A DNA stretch of 64,000 nt, taken from the NCBI GenBank assembly GCA_051047955.1, contig JBPGPT010000004.1, positions 62,001 to 126,000 of the forward strand, read 5' to 3'. A program made the position numbers and the translations under genes. Each line of letters opens with the position of its first letter. Position 1 is the stretch's first letter. Below the pieces are notes generated by a model. That model was not told the origin of the DNA. It made no database searches and saw only the letters and a list, made by a program, of their open reading frames with translations. This stretch comes from Cystobasidiomycetes sp. EMM_F5 (taxonomy: Eukaryota). This document shows positions 36,286 to 49,397 of this stretch, piece after piece.

Positions 36286-37408
36286 TCATTTCCAGCTGAG
36301 ATCATACTGCTGTGTCGTGGGCACCTTGTCGTGCCATGCCTGTAAAGCTTGTAAGGCGGCTTCGCCCCAATCGAAGTCACTACCAGCGTTACCCTCAGAT
36401 GCCGAAGTTGGCTTATCGACGTAAATGATGATGTCGCCATTTTCTTTGCGGATGAACCCAGCATCTATAGCTCCTTTGACCATGTCTCGTAAAGGCGAGT
36501 AGAAGTTGTTTATATTGATTAGAACTACCGGCAGGGTGTGTATACGAAGCTGAGTCCAAGTAGTCATTTCAAGAATCTCCTCGAACGTCTGGTGGTCTGG
36601 ATCAGAGCGTGCTAAAGTGACGCCTGATGATGCGTATTCAAAATCACACTCACTCCGAAGCCACCGGGTAGTGCTACAAACCCTCGCTCTGCATATCTAG
36701 CCATCTCTTGCTTGCGCTCGTGCATCGTCTTGACTATCGAGACAATGCAGCGATCATTCTCGCTCGCCTCATCGGCTGAGGTTGGGTCATGGATGCCTTG
36801 ACCGTTGCTTTCACTCTTCGCAGCTCTGCTCTTCACAGCACGCTCGTGTGACATGAGTGCTTTTGGAATGATGCCTAGCACTCTGCCACCGGCCTCGTAC
36901 GTAGATTCGGCAACCGCGCCCATCTATGTACGTTTCAGCTTTATGTAGGTATATCACATTCGCGAAAGACGTACAAGGCCCCATGTTCCGCCGCCGTACA
37001 CTCTGTAATTTGGTAAGACAAGGATAAGATGAGATATAACATTTAGCAAGAAATCAAGATCGGGATAAAAGGGCATTAGTGATTGTATCAGTTGACGCAA
37101 TCTTCGCGTAACTTGCAGTGGGTATTGATGTTTGGCCAAGGCTTTTCCGACTTGTTGAGCCGCCAGCTTCGAAGATCATCATCGTAACACGAACACGTCA
37201 AGCTCTGCAGCCAACCCAAACGGCACTTCTCTCTCACCTCGAATTCTGGATCATTGCCAGTGCTGCTTCCACAGAAGACGCACACTGCGCCTCTCCATGA
37301 CTGGCTCGTCAGGATTCCTGCCGATGGAGGGCCGACGTCGACTTTGTGCTCGGAAGCCTTTTCGTCAACGACGCTTCTCGGAATTTCGGAGCTCTCCGCT
37401 GAGACCAT
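36286..37408 (-). CDS. LOG family nucleotide phosphoribohydrolase (YJL055W-like), multi-exon
   Basis: AVCVFCGSSTG, LVYGGGTWGL|MGAVA, GIIPKAL, TMHERKQEM, FVALPGGFG|TFEEILEMTTWTQL (PGGxGTxxE). Confidence 0.93.
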
Positions 37409-37578
37409 GTTGTCTGCAAATGGACTATGAGAATGTAGTTGGAGCAGAGGCAAGCCCAAAAGCTGCTCGACGACTTTACGCGAGAAATGGCGGTTAGACT
37501 GCCGTCTTTCCAACCGACATGGATGTTGGCGACTGACTGCCAGAACTGACTGATGCCGCTGCTCACATCCTGACAAAC

Positions 37579-40157
37579 ATGCCAGTCATAAATGCGACTC
37601 CGCGTACGCCCACGGACGCCAATAAAAAAGAGGCAGCTCAGAACTGCTCATCACCGCCGCTGCCCAGTGCTGAAAAGCGAGCTGCCAAAGAGCAGGCTTG
37701 GCTGGATAGGATATCATCTGGGACATCGAAGAGCAAGCATTCAAGAGCTGCCAGCAATGGTAATGGCGTGTCCATCAAGCTGGGCCCGGCAGCCGTCGAG
37801 TACATCAGGCCTTCAGACAGGGGCAGTTGCAGTGGCAAGACCTCCGAATCCGCATTCTTCGGGTTATGGCCTTCCAGTGAGCGTCAGAAGCGTCACAGTC
37901 GACAACCAAAGGATGATAGTGGTCCCTCTAGGGATTCCATTCGAGCTGCCAAGTCGTCCAAATCGCCTAGCGCTACGACCGCTGGCAATAATTCGCTGTT
38001 GATAGTACCTGAAATACTTACGCAGCAATCGTCAGGATCTACGAGGACGATGAATTCGTCTATACGCGCAGGATTCTCAGCAATCAGATGGCGGATCTCG
38101 AAAACCCATGACAATGCGTTCACTACCCGAGGCAAAGGGGATAGCGATCTTCCAAGCTCTGGCAAGCTTGGGCCAGAACGACACGCATATGCTGCTCCCT
38201 CATTCACTGCCGTGCCAGCCTCGCCCTATGCACTTAGGCCGCAGGATGATACTCCTTTTGCATCATCATCGTACGTGCACCTTCCGTCCCCTCGCTGGGA
38301 AACCAGTGAGCAACCAAGCCCCACAAGGATCAAGCAATCAATTACTCAGACGACGACGTCCCATGACCGCTCGCACAAAGCAGCTTCGACCATGGCGCAG
38401 CAACTGCAAGCCTTGGAATCAGCAAATACAGCTGGCATCCTGAGCGACGATGATTATCGGGCGTTGAAGCAGAATATCTTTAAGCATTCAGTGAAACAGC
38501 AAGCAAATCCAATCGTCTCGGCCGAGACGGTCGTCAGATCGACGGACATGCAGCGGCACCCATACAACGTAGCTGAATTCCAGGAGGCGGAGAATGCCAT
38601 TGGTCATACTGGTACTTTGCTTGGGCTGCCAAGGTTACAGCCTGCTGGTGCAACGACTAGAGCTAGTAAGTCCGTGCTTAGCTACATCGAAGCAATGGTA
38701 TGACTGACAATGACCTTACCGAACTTCATTTAGATGTAACCTTTGCAGCCGAGCCGAAAAGAAGTCGGACAAGAACGACTGAGGAACAGCCCCACAAGTC
38801 GTCGAAACCGCCAATCGCCGTGCATCTGTCCAAATCTACTCCATCGCTTCGATCTCAGAAGTCTACCAGCGTGACCTCTTTGCTGTCACGCAAATCCAGT
38901 AAACCTACCTTTCTCGCCAGCATGTTTGGCAGAAAAGATCAGGATCAAATAGAGAATGACGTGCAAGATGAGGCAGATGAAGCCGGCTCCGTTACGCATG
39001 ATGGTCCACATATTGCGCAGGGACTCAATGCTTCAGTGCCACAGGACTGGAAGATGCTGCATATACAGGACGCCCGAGCAGACCACTCGACGCCATTTAG
39101 CACATTCTTACCTACAAATACTCCGCAGCTTGCGTTACAGCCTGCAGCGATGGCCAAAGCGGATGGGAAGGATGCATTTACATCGAACCATCCTGCAGGT
39201 GTGCTGCAGCATCAGCACAGTCGCCCGAGTCCCGAAGAATGTAACGAAGTCATAAGCAGGCGGAGTGAGCCTGACAAGGGCTTCACGCCATCACTACTTT
39301 CGCCCCCAATGTCGCCTAGCATTATACGGCATGCATCTCAAGCAAGTACGGCCTCATCATTCGGGTTTTCGGCAACGACCGTGAACAGTACACCTGGTTC
39401 TCCAATCCTGGCAGGTACGCTGGCTGTCGACACCAGCGGTTCCAACTTCTTGTCCTTTTCATCTTCATCGTCATCTTCTACGTCAATTGTATCGCCAACG
39501 CTGCCTGCCGATTACGATCAATTCCAGCGCAATCCAGCGGAGAATTGGTCCTCTGCACCATTCTCCGTAATTCAGCCTGGTGACGAGCATTTGAGCGCAG
39601 ATGAGCTTAAAAGAGCCATCCAGGCGACAATTGCTCAAAAACAGGCTATGACGGCTCAATTTGCTTCCTTTGAGGCGGCCATGGAGGCCGACACGGCTTC
39701 AGCTGGCGTATTTCCGCGAAGAAAGCAGTCAACTCGCGAACATCCGCCAGCTCGTCACGACGTACAGTCATATTTGAGCACTTCGACGCGTGAAGGACAG
39801 ACAGGACCTTCTCGACAGCCTTCGATAATGGGCAGCATCCGGTCTTCTTTCTCGCGCAGAACGGCAAGGAACGACGTGCATTCTGTGCAAGAAGGGACGA
39901 GACCCAGTGATGGTGTGACGATATCTAGCCGCATGTCTCACCCTTGGTACGCCTCGACGGAAGGCGATGATCATCACGATCTGAGCCCGAGTGGGGCACC
40001 GCAGCTGCCGCCACCTCTCTCTGCCAGTAGTCTCCTGTCTTCATCCTCGCAGCTATCACAACGCGCTGATCTGGTATCAAAGCGGTATGATGCTCGTATC
40101 GAGTATCTGGAGTTACAGCTGCAGAGCAGGCTCATCAAGGATGCCTTACGGCGATGA
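37579..40157 (+). CDS. Hypothetical Ser-rich, mostly disordered protein with SHOCT-like helix pair and C-terminal coiled coil
   Basis: Two long ORFs joined by an intron (~38666-38733, gtaagt..ttag); QQLQALESANTAGILSDDDYRALKQNIF; end KRYDARIEYLELQLQSRLIKDALRR*. Confidence 0.7.
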
Positions 40158-40387
40158 GAATAGCATTACGGGAGAGATGACTCGGACAAACGATGTCAGC
40201 GCAGTATGATACAGCGTCTATGTAGCCATAGTTTGTGTTTGTCGAAGCCATGTTGACACGTTCGGTTCGGCCTCAGCATGGACTACGGAGCTAGCGGCGG
40301 CGAAGAGCGTAATGACTTTCTTTCGAGTCAACGCAAACATACTACTACAGCCTCTAAATAGACGCGGCATCAGCTCTGTCCACAATT

Positions 40388-41844
40388 ATGGTACAGCTCA
40401 GCGATGTCAGCCTCCGCCTTGACCTCCAGCACTACCTGTGCTTCCTGTACCCTTCCAAACCGCCGACTGATGTGAGAGAGAAGCTCCGCACTTTGTTGAA
40501 GCGGAACTCATATATTATGCTTCTACCAGGACACGGTAATTACTGGCGAGTTGATTGTAAATGTGAGAGCCGCAAAGAAGATCAAGCGCCTGTCTGTCGA
40601 GTTTGTGAGTTTCGAGTGGACACCTGTTTCGCTAATCAAGACTGACTGAGGGATGACTCGCGTATAGATTGGAAGGCAAAAGCTATTGATCTTGGGACAG
40701 TTGGACGAGTATGAGACTGTGCACAACACCATCGACATCAGTCCCGGACAGCTGCAGCCAGGCGAACACCGTTTCGAATTCTCGTTTGTCGTGTCGGCAA
40801 ATACAGCGTAAGTCGACGACGCACACATGCCAATTCGCGCCATACTGAATCGCAGCTGTCCACAACTCATCTCAGTCCATGGGAACTATGCTATTACGGC
40901 GGGACTCAGCATTACTTGAAAGCCACTGCTTACGGTGCAGGATTGTTTGGAAGTGATGTCTCCATCACCCGCGAAATCGATGTAGCGTCCAATACCGCTG
41001 GAGACGTGGGGCCTAGCGAAGGGTTCTCCGAGATTAGCGAATCTCTTCACGATGTGCTTGGTCCGTTGCGGGTACATTTCAGCACACGCTATCTTTTGCG
41101 GGGAGGGTACCTCCGCATGGCCCTCAATATGCCTTCGGTATCCAAGAATGTCCGCATTGACAACATCTCGGCAGTGCTCAAGCAGGATACCATCTTGCAG
41201 AATATCAAGAAGCCCGAACGTACAGAGCGCAAGACACAGGACATCACGTTGTGGAGCCTGTCACAAGAGAATAGTCAGCCAACAGAACTCAAGGAAGGAG
41301 AGGATCTCTCGCTCGTCAGACAGATGAGATTACAAACGAGTCGGGATGAGAGAGTCTTACTTCGACCGTCTATAAATGAGAATTCAGTCACCGGTATAAG
41401 GCATACGCATACCATCATGGTAGTCATACGCTTTCGCGCGCAGGATGACAATAATACACGCGAGATGAAGATCAAATTTCCTGCAAACATTGGCAGCTGT
41501 GCATGCAGCGTCGAGAACCTCCAGTAGGCTTCCCTAATGCTATGGCCTCGTTACATGAGGCATGTTTCTTGACTGATCTTGCACTCTTTGCCTACAGACT
41601 TCCCAATTACGAGAGCACTTCAGGCTCGGCCCAGGAGAAATCCAAGTCAATCGAACAGCTGCGTAGCGAGTGCCTGTGTCACAGGCCGTCAGATGAGGAA
41701 CTTGACAAGATTTACGCTTCGGACCCAGAAGCAGTCAATTTCGATGACCAATATGGCGCGGAGAAGAGCAGACGGCCCGCTTGGATGATCAAAGCGGAAG
41801 ATACGCAGGGGCAGGAATACATGGATGATCTCATGAGGAGGTGA
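40388..41844 (+). CDS. Arrestin-like (alpha-arrestin fold) protein with LPxY motif, multi-exon
   Basis: Spliced: DTVITGELIVNVRAAKKIKRLSVEF|IGRQKL..LQPGEHRFEFSFVVSANTA..YGGTQHYLKATA; IRHTHTIMVVIRF; SCACSVENLQ|LPNY. Confidence 0.72.
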
Positions 41845-42401
41845 CACGACTTGCGTGGGTGGGAGCGTCAAAGTCGTCACCTATATCTACATCCTGCTTC
41901 GCCGTAGCTGCTGAGTCACATAGATCGGCGCTGACAAGGAGGCGGCAACCTCCTCTCATGTCCATGACGACTGCGACTTCGATGCAGCAATCGGGCCAGG
42001 AGCGGTGTACACTCCAAATCATGTCCGCTCGATGGGGCCTAGGCTAGCGGCATTGCTTGCGGCCGTCCCGATAGCCTTCAGAGCATCGCATTGGACATCG
42101 TGACACAGCGGAAAGTGCAGAAAGTCGTCCCCCATATCTAAAGCACGTCAGTCAAAAAGCGGGGCGTCCGCATACGGTAAAATGCTAGGCGATCGCAGGA
42201 CTCGGGGCGACCATGCGTGCGCTGCTCCAACAAGCTTCCCTGTACCGCGTTGTGCTCCTACTAGCCATAGCAGATCGATAGCCGCTGTCAGCACATGAAA
42301 TCGATTACTGCTATGTTTTTGCGAATTACAAATTTCTAATTGCCCGCCGGGTCCCGCCTCCAGGTGGGTAAGACGCCTACCAAGTCAGTCATCCAGCCAT
42401 C

Positions 42402-44761
42402 ATGGGACAAACGCTGAGCGAGCCAGAGACGACAAAGCACACGACGCACGGCGAGGATGACAGGCTCGCGTTTGCAGTATCGGAGATGCAGGGCTGGCGG
42501 CTGTGTAGGTTTCCCAAATGATTTGCGACGTTTGACTGGGCACACTTCGAACGGGCATCGGGCAACATCCTGGAGCTCGCGAGAGCACGACAATTAACTG
42601 TGGACACGGTCGTCGTAACGCGAGCCGCCAGCAGAAACGACGGTGGGCTTTCAGCAACGGGAGGCGACATTGTCGTCACCCTCGTCGACTTATCAGTATT
42701 GCTTTATCGGAATCAGAGTACAGCGATGCGATACTCTACGATACATCCAATGCTCTCGGTGTGATTATCGACACGATTCTCCAGCGCTAGCTGCGGTTTC
42801 CAGCGACTTCAGCCCAGCTCTGGAAACTCGTTTCGATGGGCACCAGGGCCAAATCGATAGCATAGAAAGGAATGCAAAGCACATCGACTCCACTATCCCG
42901 AACACAGTCACTTACGCTGTCGACCTCGCTACTACGTCAAGTCCAGCCGCACTCATGCCCTGGGCGCTTTTCAAGGGAGATGCCCGATTCCTGCCCTCCT
43001 GCGCACTCTAGTCACAATGAATCGTAGGGAAAATATGCTGACGCCCTTTGCATCTACGTTTTGCTACGCCCATCATCATCGTCTTTTCGCATGTGCTCTC
43101 CCTTCACGACAAATACAGCCATGGAGGATGCGCATGCAACCATTCTCGATTTAGACAATCCAGACGATTCTGCTGCCGCGCAGACAGGGCCGGGAAAGAA
43201 GGGCAAAAGATCGTTCTTTGCAGTCTTTGATGGTCATGGCGGTGAGCTGCAGTTCGTGAAGTTGGTTTGCGAGGACCAGATACTAACTTCTGATAATTTC
43301 GACCACGCCTTTCGATAACGCCTATGCACTCCATTAGGCTCTACCGTTGCACGATATGCTGGAGAGACCGTCCACGGCCGACTGCGAGACACTGAACTTT
43401 ACAAAAAGCAGGACTACCCTGCAGCCTTAAAGAGAACCTTCCTCAAGACTGATGAAGATTTACGTGCGAGTCAGTAGTTGCTGAAATCAAATACTTGCAA
43501 TGTCGTATTATTGAATACTCTGCTCATTGCAGATCCCGATTATGCGCACGATACATCCGGGTGTACTGCGGTTGCTACACTCATCCTGGAAGATGGAACC
43601 ATCATTTGTGCGAATGCTGGCGACTCTCGATCCGTCTTGTCCCTTAACGGAGAAGTAAAGCCCATGTCTTACGACCACAAGCCTGGCAACAAGATTGAGA
43701 ATACTCGTATCGTTGCTGGCGGAGGGTTCGTCGAATTCGGCAGGGTGAATGGCAACCTTGCCCTCTCTCGCGCGCTCGGTGATTTCGAATTTAAGCAAAA
43801 TTCGACCCTCGAGGCGGAACGACAGATAGTGACTGCCGATCCAGACATCATCACACACACCCCTACCGGCGAAGAGGAGTTCTTGATCATTGCATGTGAC
43901 GGCATCTGGGATGTGCTAAAGAATCAGGAAGTGGTCGACTATACGCGGCGATGCATCGCCGATGGGAAGGAGCTGCACGAGATTTCCGAATCCATCATCG
44001 AAACCTGCCTAGCGCCAGATTCCGACTTGGGCGGCGTCGGATGTGATAATATGACTTTCCTTGTCATTGCTATCCTCGGCAACCGGACGAAGCAGGAATG
44101 GTACGATTGGGTCAGACAACGTGTCGAGTCGGGTTCAGGGTACCAGACGTAAGTGCTACAGACTGAATGTGTAGAGGAAGTCTAGAGCTGATGACAAGGA
44201 CAAACTCTGTTCAGTCCACAAGAGTTGGCCAAGCCTTTTGCAAACAGGCAGACACCTGGACCACGACCTGGCTTACTCGGCGGAGGATCATTGTCTGGGC
44301 CTGCGCAGATGATTCACAATGCCATCAATAATGGTACCTTACGGTTTGGCCGTGGGAACGATGACGACATGGATGCGGAAGATCAATACAATCCTGCTCC
44401 AAGTTCTGCTTCTGCATCAAGCAATACTTATAATACTGGGGCTGCTTCAGCTACTTCCCCCTCGTCCGCACCACAATCAGCTGGCGGCCAGCCTACCAAG
44501 ACTGTTCCAGCCGATATCGCTGGTGCGCCGCCTGTAGACATCAACTCGTCTGCCGCTGCAGACAAGCTTTCGCCAAATAACATGGCAGTCAATCACGCAC
44601 TCTCCCCACCTTCCGCATTGATGGGCGTGCAGAGCTCTCACCCTGTTCCGTCAAAGCCAAACTCTGATGCAGCAGATAGAGCAAAGGACGATGAGATTGC
44701 TCACCCAGCAGTACAAGCCGATGGCCTGATGGACAGCAGTGAGAATCCCCTCAGCGGATGA
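42402..44761 (+). CDS. PTC2: Protein phosphatase 2C (Ptc2/Ptc3-like), multi-exon
   Basis: MGQTLSEP..SEMQGWRL|SMEDAH, FFAVFDGHGG, SGCTA, CANAGDSR, DHKP, RVNGNLALSRALGDFEFK, IIACDGIWD, GCDNMT. Confidence 0.95.
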
Positions 44762-45179
44762 TCTGGATCTTTCCGCAATAGGATTTTTAAATGAAACGCA
44801 GCAGTCTGGTGAAAGACTAGCAAACTTCAGTTCCGTATGGTGGTGTCAGTTTGGCATAATCTCTATTGCTCTTCACGATTGTCTGTCCGCTATCGCTCTG
44901 TCTCACCCGCCTTCCCGATCTCATGTCGGACGCGGCCACTCCTCCCGTGATCTCTTTCGTGTGGTCCGTGTCTGGACAATCAATCTCCTTTACTTGCGAC
45001 ATCCCTAGTTGTTTACGAATGCATGCTGGCGAATTGTCTATAGCGTGCTATGTATAGTAGGTCTCATCTCAAGACTCAGATACCCATTTCAATCCAGCAA
45101 ATCAGAGTATGTGACATGCCCATATCGATGACTTAACTTTTGCACAGAATCTTATCATTGCTCCCTGAATTGTACACTT

Positions 45180-45974
45180 CTACTTGTCGACTCTGAATGT
45201 CAGGCTCACTCTTCTCCAACCTGCAGGCTTGACTCTGCCTCTAACAATTTCATGCTGCCATGAAGATCTCGAAGGCCCTCTTAGGACAATCAAGCTTCCT
45301 CTATCCATCTGCACGTCGACCTTTCTGCCCGTCTTTGGCGCTTTTGCAGCTTTGCCAGATCTGACACTGCCATCGAAAGCGTATTCCAGCTCGTGGAATC
45401 GCATAGCATCGGCTCCTGCCAGTGTCAACGAGCATACGGGCTCACCAAATTTGAAGTTTTCGATATGCGCAGAGATGCCGTGTTTTGAGCGGTACTCATT
45501 CACGATAATGTAAGCGGGCCGTGCATTGTCATTGTACAAGCCGTGCTCGACGAGCCTGTCGATGATAAAGTCTAGCTGTGGCGGAATAGGTGGAGCTTGA
45601 ATGACTTCGCTGGCATTACTGGACGACTTTGCCTGACTTTTCGGAGGCATGAGACAGTAAGTCCCTCCGAAATGCATTGTCCGTCGCGATAGGTCTGTCC
45701 GCCATGGTTGTGCGTCTAGAAAGTCGAGAATGAACTGCTCTTCTTCTGGGGTAACGAATGTGCGGACGAGGCTCAGACCCGGCGGCGATGAGAGAATTTC
45801 CTCGATACAATCAGATGTCGACGGTTTGGCGTGGTTACTGCTGGGAAGTCTCGCTGTAAGGGATTTGTCGGCAGTACAATCGGCTTTCAAACCAGTTCCA
45901 GCACCAACGACAGTCTTGGTCCTCTTGCTCGACACGACAGCCTTCGAAAAATAGTCGTCTAGCTTGCGCTTCAT
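45180..45974 (-). CDS. AlkB-like 2OG-Fe(II) dioxygenase, single exon, 264 aa
   Basis: PPGLSLVRTFVTPEEE, RRTMHFGG, IIVNEY..GISAHIE, VCSLTL, SLIVLRGPSRSSWQHEI, RRVSLTFR. Confidence 0.85.
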   Translation of the reverse strand: MKRKLDDYFSKAVVSSKRTKTVVGAGTGLKADCTADKSLTARLPSSNHAKPSTSDCIEEILSSPPGLSLVRTFVTPEEEQFILDFLDAQPWRTDLSRRTMHFGGTYCLMPPKSQAKSSSNASEVIQAPPIPPQLDFIIDRLVEHGLYNDNARPAYIIVNEYRSKHGISAHIENFKFGEPVCSLTLAGADAMRFHELEYAFDGSVRSGKAAKAPKTGRKVDVQMDRGSLIVLRGPSRSSWQHEIVRGRVKPAGWRRVSLTFRVDK

Positions 45975-46140
45975 CGTCGGACTCTTTAGCCTGCATGTGG
46001 TGTCATTGTCTGGCCATTAACCACAATCCAAGAAGCCATAAGCTAAAAGGCCTCCGACAGGCAAAGTCATATACAAGGTATCTATAGGATACAGGTTCTA
46101 CGCTGACATCTCCAACACATACAGACATGACTGCAGGAAT

Positions 46141-46928
46141 TCAATACTCTTCTCGACGATGATGATGATGACGCTGTTGACGCCTAACTTAGCTCTGCGA
46201 GCGCCATCACGGACATAATTCGCACTCACTTCTTCTTCTCGTTCGTGCTTGTGCTTTTCGTGTTCATACAATTCGAAAGCCCCGAGTGCGGCACCTCCAC
46301 CCAACACCGTTTTTCCTAGTCCGCTGCTGAGGAATCCTCCTCCTTGCTGCTGTTGCTGCTGCGGGTAGTACTGCTGCTGAAACTGCTGCTGATACTGCTG
46401 CTGATACTGACCCTGCGGAGGCCCTTGATTGTAGTACTGCTGTTGCTGCTGAGGCTGATTTTGGGAATATTGATGATTCTTTCGCTCTTCATACTTTATA
46501 AACTCGTTTACTCCGAATGCCGCACCGCCAGCAAAGAGGGCGTCTTCTACGTGATGTACGCGTCCGCCGTCCTCTCGCTGCTCGTGTTCCATGAATTCGT
46601 ATGTAGCGAGGGCTGCCCCACCTTCTGCTGCAAACTTGCCCATCCCTCCCATATTGCCAATCATTCCACCGAATCCTGGTCGGCTGCCGTTTGAACCGCC
46701 TTGGTAGCTGTTGTTGTTACTGCTACCGCCAAACAAGCTGCGGTCTTCACTGCCGTAACCTGATTGTTGTGGTGGCGGAGGACCAGCCGGAGGACCATAG
46801 TTGTGTCCACTGACTGGATGAGTCCACGTTCTTTCGCCCGTCTGCGTATTTACGTAGTAGTATGCCTGGTAGTTTGGGTCAAATTCGCTGATCCAGGGAT
46901 ACGACAGATCAGTAGGTGGTCCCGACAT
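46141..46928 (-). CDS. WW-domain protein with Gly/Gln-rich low-complexity region (Wwm1-like)
   Basis: PWISEFDPNYQAYYYVNTQTGERTWTHP (WW); intron 46229-46174 gives final exon RHHHHRREEY*. Confidence 0.82.
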
Positions 46929-47291
46929 GGTGTCAAGGCGGAGAAGAGAATGAGAAGAATATGTGAATGTATTTAATTGGCAGAAGCAAAAGAAGCAGAC
47001 GGGCTGTCGAGCGAGTGAGCTTCCATTCCACTTCCGAGAATAGCTATCATCGCATCGCCCGAGCGAGCGAGGCGAAGTCCGTACCTTTTCGCACGTGTGT
47101 CTAGACCTGCCATCAGCCTGGACGCGTATACTCTGTTAGCGAGGACATTATGGAACAATGTCAGTAGTATTTATTAGTTGTCGTTGTAAAACAATGATGG
47201 TACATCCCAAAAGCGCCCAAAAGGCCTTGGACGCACTCAACGCGTCCTCATTCAAATAGATTTGTTTACATCTTCCCTAAATGCCGTATCG

Positions 47292-49144
47292 ATGACTTCC
47301 AAGTATGCTGGACTGCCCGATATCGTGAGCTGGTGATGAGGAGCAGACTGACAACCCTCTGCCATCATTTGAAGGGACTCGTATCAGAAAGTGCTGATGT
47401 CTGTGCACCGTGACGCCTGCAGGACACGCAGCAGCCAGACGTTTACGAGACGGCAGACGTGCCATCGGCATACTCACGCAGCGTATGGCAGCGTATACTC
47501 ATGATATTCAAACACGACACTGACCATAATACTCTAGCTCGAATCCGACAGCGATAGTGACGATGGCAACGCTGGCAATCCAAGTACAAGCGCACTCAAC
47601 AGTAAGCGTGCAAGCGCAAACCAAGACGCTTCCAGGAAGATAGACGGAGCTCTTGACGAGTCTAGGCTAGACGCTGGACAAGCCCGAAACAAGTTTATTC
47701 AAAGCAATGCAAACGTCAACGCAGCCAGTGCCGGTGCGAAAATGCTTGGGTCGCTCATTCCACATAAGTCGACACCACTGACTCGTCTTCGCTTATATTT
47801 ATAGACTTCTCCTCTTCTCTCGTCCACTCGCGCAAACACCGCTTGCCAAATTATATGCTCCCCGAAACATCGTCATACGCCATCAATGGCCACACAAGTC
47901 AGCGAGGTCTATCGTCAACTGCCACTCGACAGCTACGGACACTGGCTGCACTTTCGAACGACGGAGGCCAAGTTGTAATTCCGGAAACGCCTACAGAGCG
48001 TCTCAGGCGATTACGCTATGAGATGGAAGAGCTACAGACCCAAATGGAGCAAGACGAGACTATGGATGACAATGTCCAACAAGGAGAAGAGGACGCTAAG
48101 CCAGAACTGTCTAGACGAGACGATGCAGACAAGACGCGTCCAGTTGGTCGACCCAAGAAGCGAAAGACGCTCGACAAAGACGGAGAACTCTTGCCGTCCA
48201 TTGTCCTATCCGAATTACAGCGCTTGAAGCGGAATCTTGTTCAGCTTTCTGAGCATGTCGATACGGATGGCACGTCGAATACACCGGGTATAGCTACAGA
48301 TATGCAAGCAAGAAGTAATGCCCTGGTCCAACAATTGACTACACTGCAGATTACTGCAGATTCTCACAACGCGTCGGAAGAGTCTCAGTCTGTCGAACTG
48401 GCGACTGCCAACGGAAGCGCCTTGACTCCAACACGGCTTGACGAACGTTTACAGCTGCTGGAGAGTTATATCGGCGCAACACGTACCGAAAGTGACGAAG
48501 TGGGTTGTGTCGAATCCTTGTGCCCGCACATAGGTGTCTCTGACCTCGTGCACATACAGTCTCACCCGCTTCCTCCGCCTTTACTATCTACGTTAAGCAA
48601 AATGGAGCACCAGCTCCAACTTCTGACACAACCACGCCATCTGGACACCATCAGTCGGCGCGTCAGAATGCTCGTCACTGATCTAGAAAGGGTGCACGAA
48701 GCGCGTCGCAAGATTGGAGATAATCGTCCACTCAACGTCGCGCTCTCGAGCGGTATTACCATTTCCACAGGGCCAGCTCCTATCGTCCCTGCTCCAGCCG
48801 CCAACAATGTCGAACAGCACCTGTCGCCTGATTCGCTACAAAAAATTGATAGCCTCTTTGTGCTCGTCCCGCGAATCGACCCGCTTTTGCCAATGGCTCC
48901 ACATCTTCTGACGAGACTCCAGTCCCTCTCGACGTTACATTCCGAAAGCGCAACGTTTTCGACAAATCTACAAGACGCCGAAGATGGACTGGGTCAGCTG
49001 AAACAATCGGAAGAGATGCTGCAGGATTTGCTAAACGGACTCGAGGAGAGCTTGAAGAGTAATCAGAATATAGTCACCAAGAATATCGAAGTATTGCAGA
49101 GCCGCATGGAGCAATTGTTGGAAAGAGTAGCAAAGTTGGATTGA
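47292..49144 (+). CDS. Dynamitin (dynactin p50, DCTN2), multi-exon
   Basis: MTSKYAGLPDI|DTQQPDVYETADVP, ETPTERLRRLRYEMEEL, LDERLQLLESYIG, LPPPLL..QLQLLTQPRHLD, LLTRLQSLSTLH, NIEVLQSRM. Confidence 0.9.
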
Positions 49145-49397
49145 GTCGGCAGCCCAATGACTAATTATGTCGAGTGTGATGTTTCAGCTGGCAGCTTTTA
49201 CATTACACTGACTAGCATACTGATCAAGAAAAGACAGAGATCGCCAACCTTGACGGTATCAGCTACATGACAGAATAGTATTACACATTTTTTGCGAATT
49301 CGGGAAAGGACAAAGCAACTCAGCATGATGGAAAATAGTAGGTAACCAGAAACGGCGTATGAAAAAACTTGGACTCTTGCTTGGGCAGAGGCATATG

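Noticed and set aside
36286..37408. LOG gene as part of a cytokinin biosynthetic cluster
   Set aside because: No isopentenyltransferase or P450 nearby; standalone LOG genes are common in fungi.
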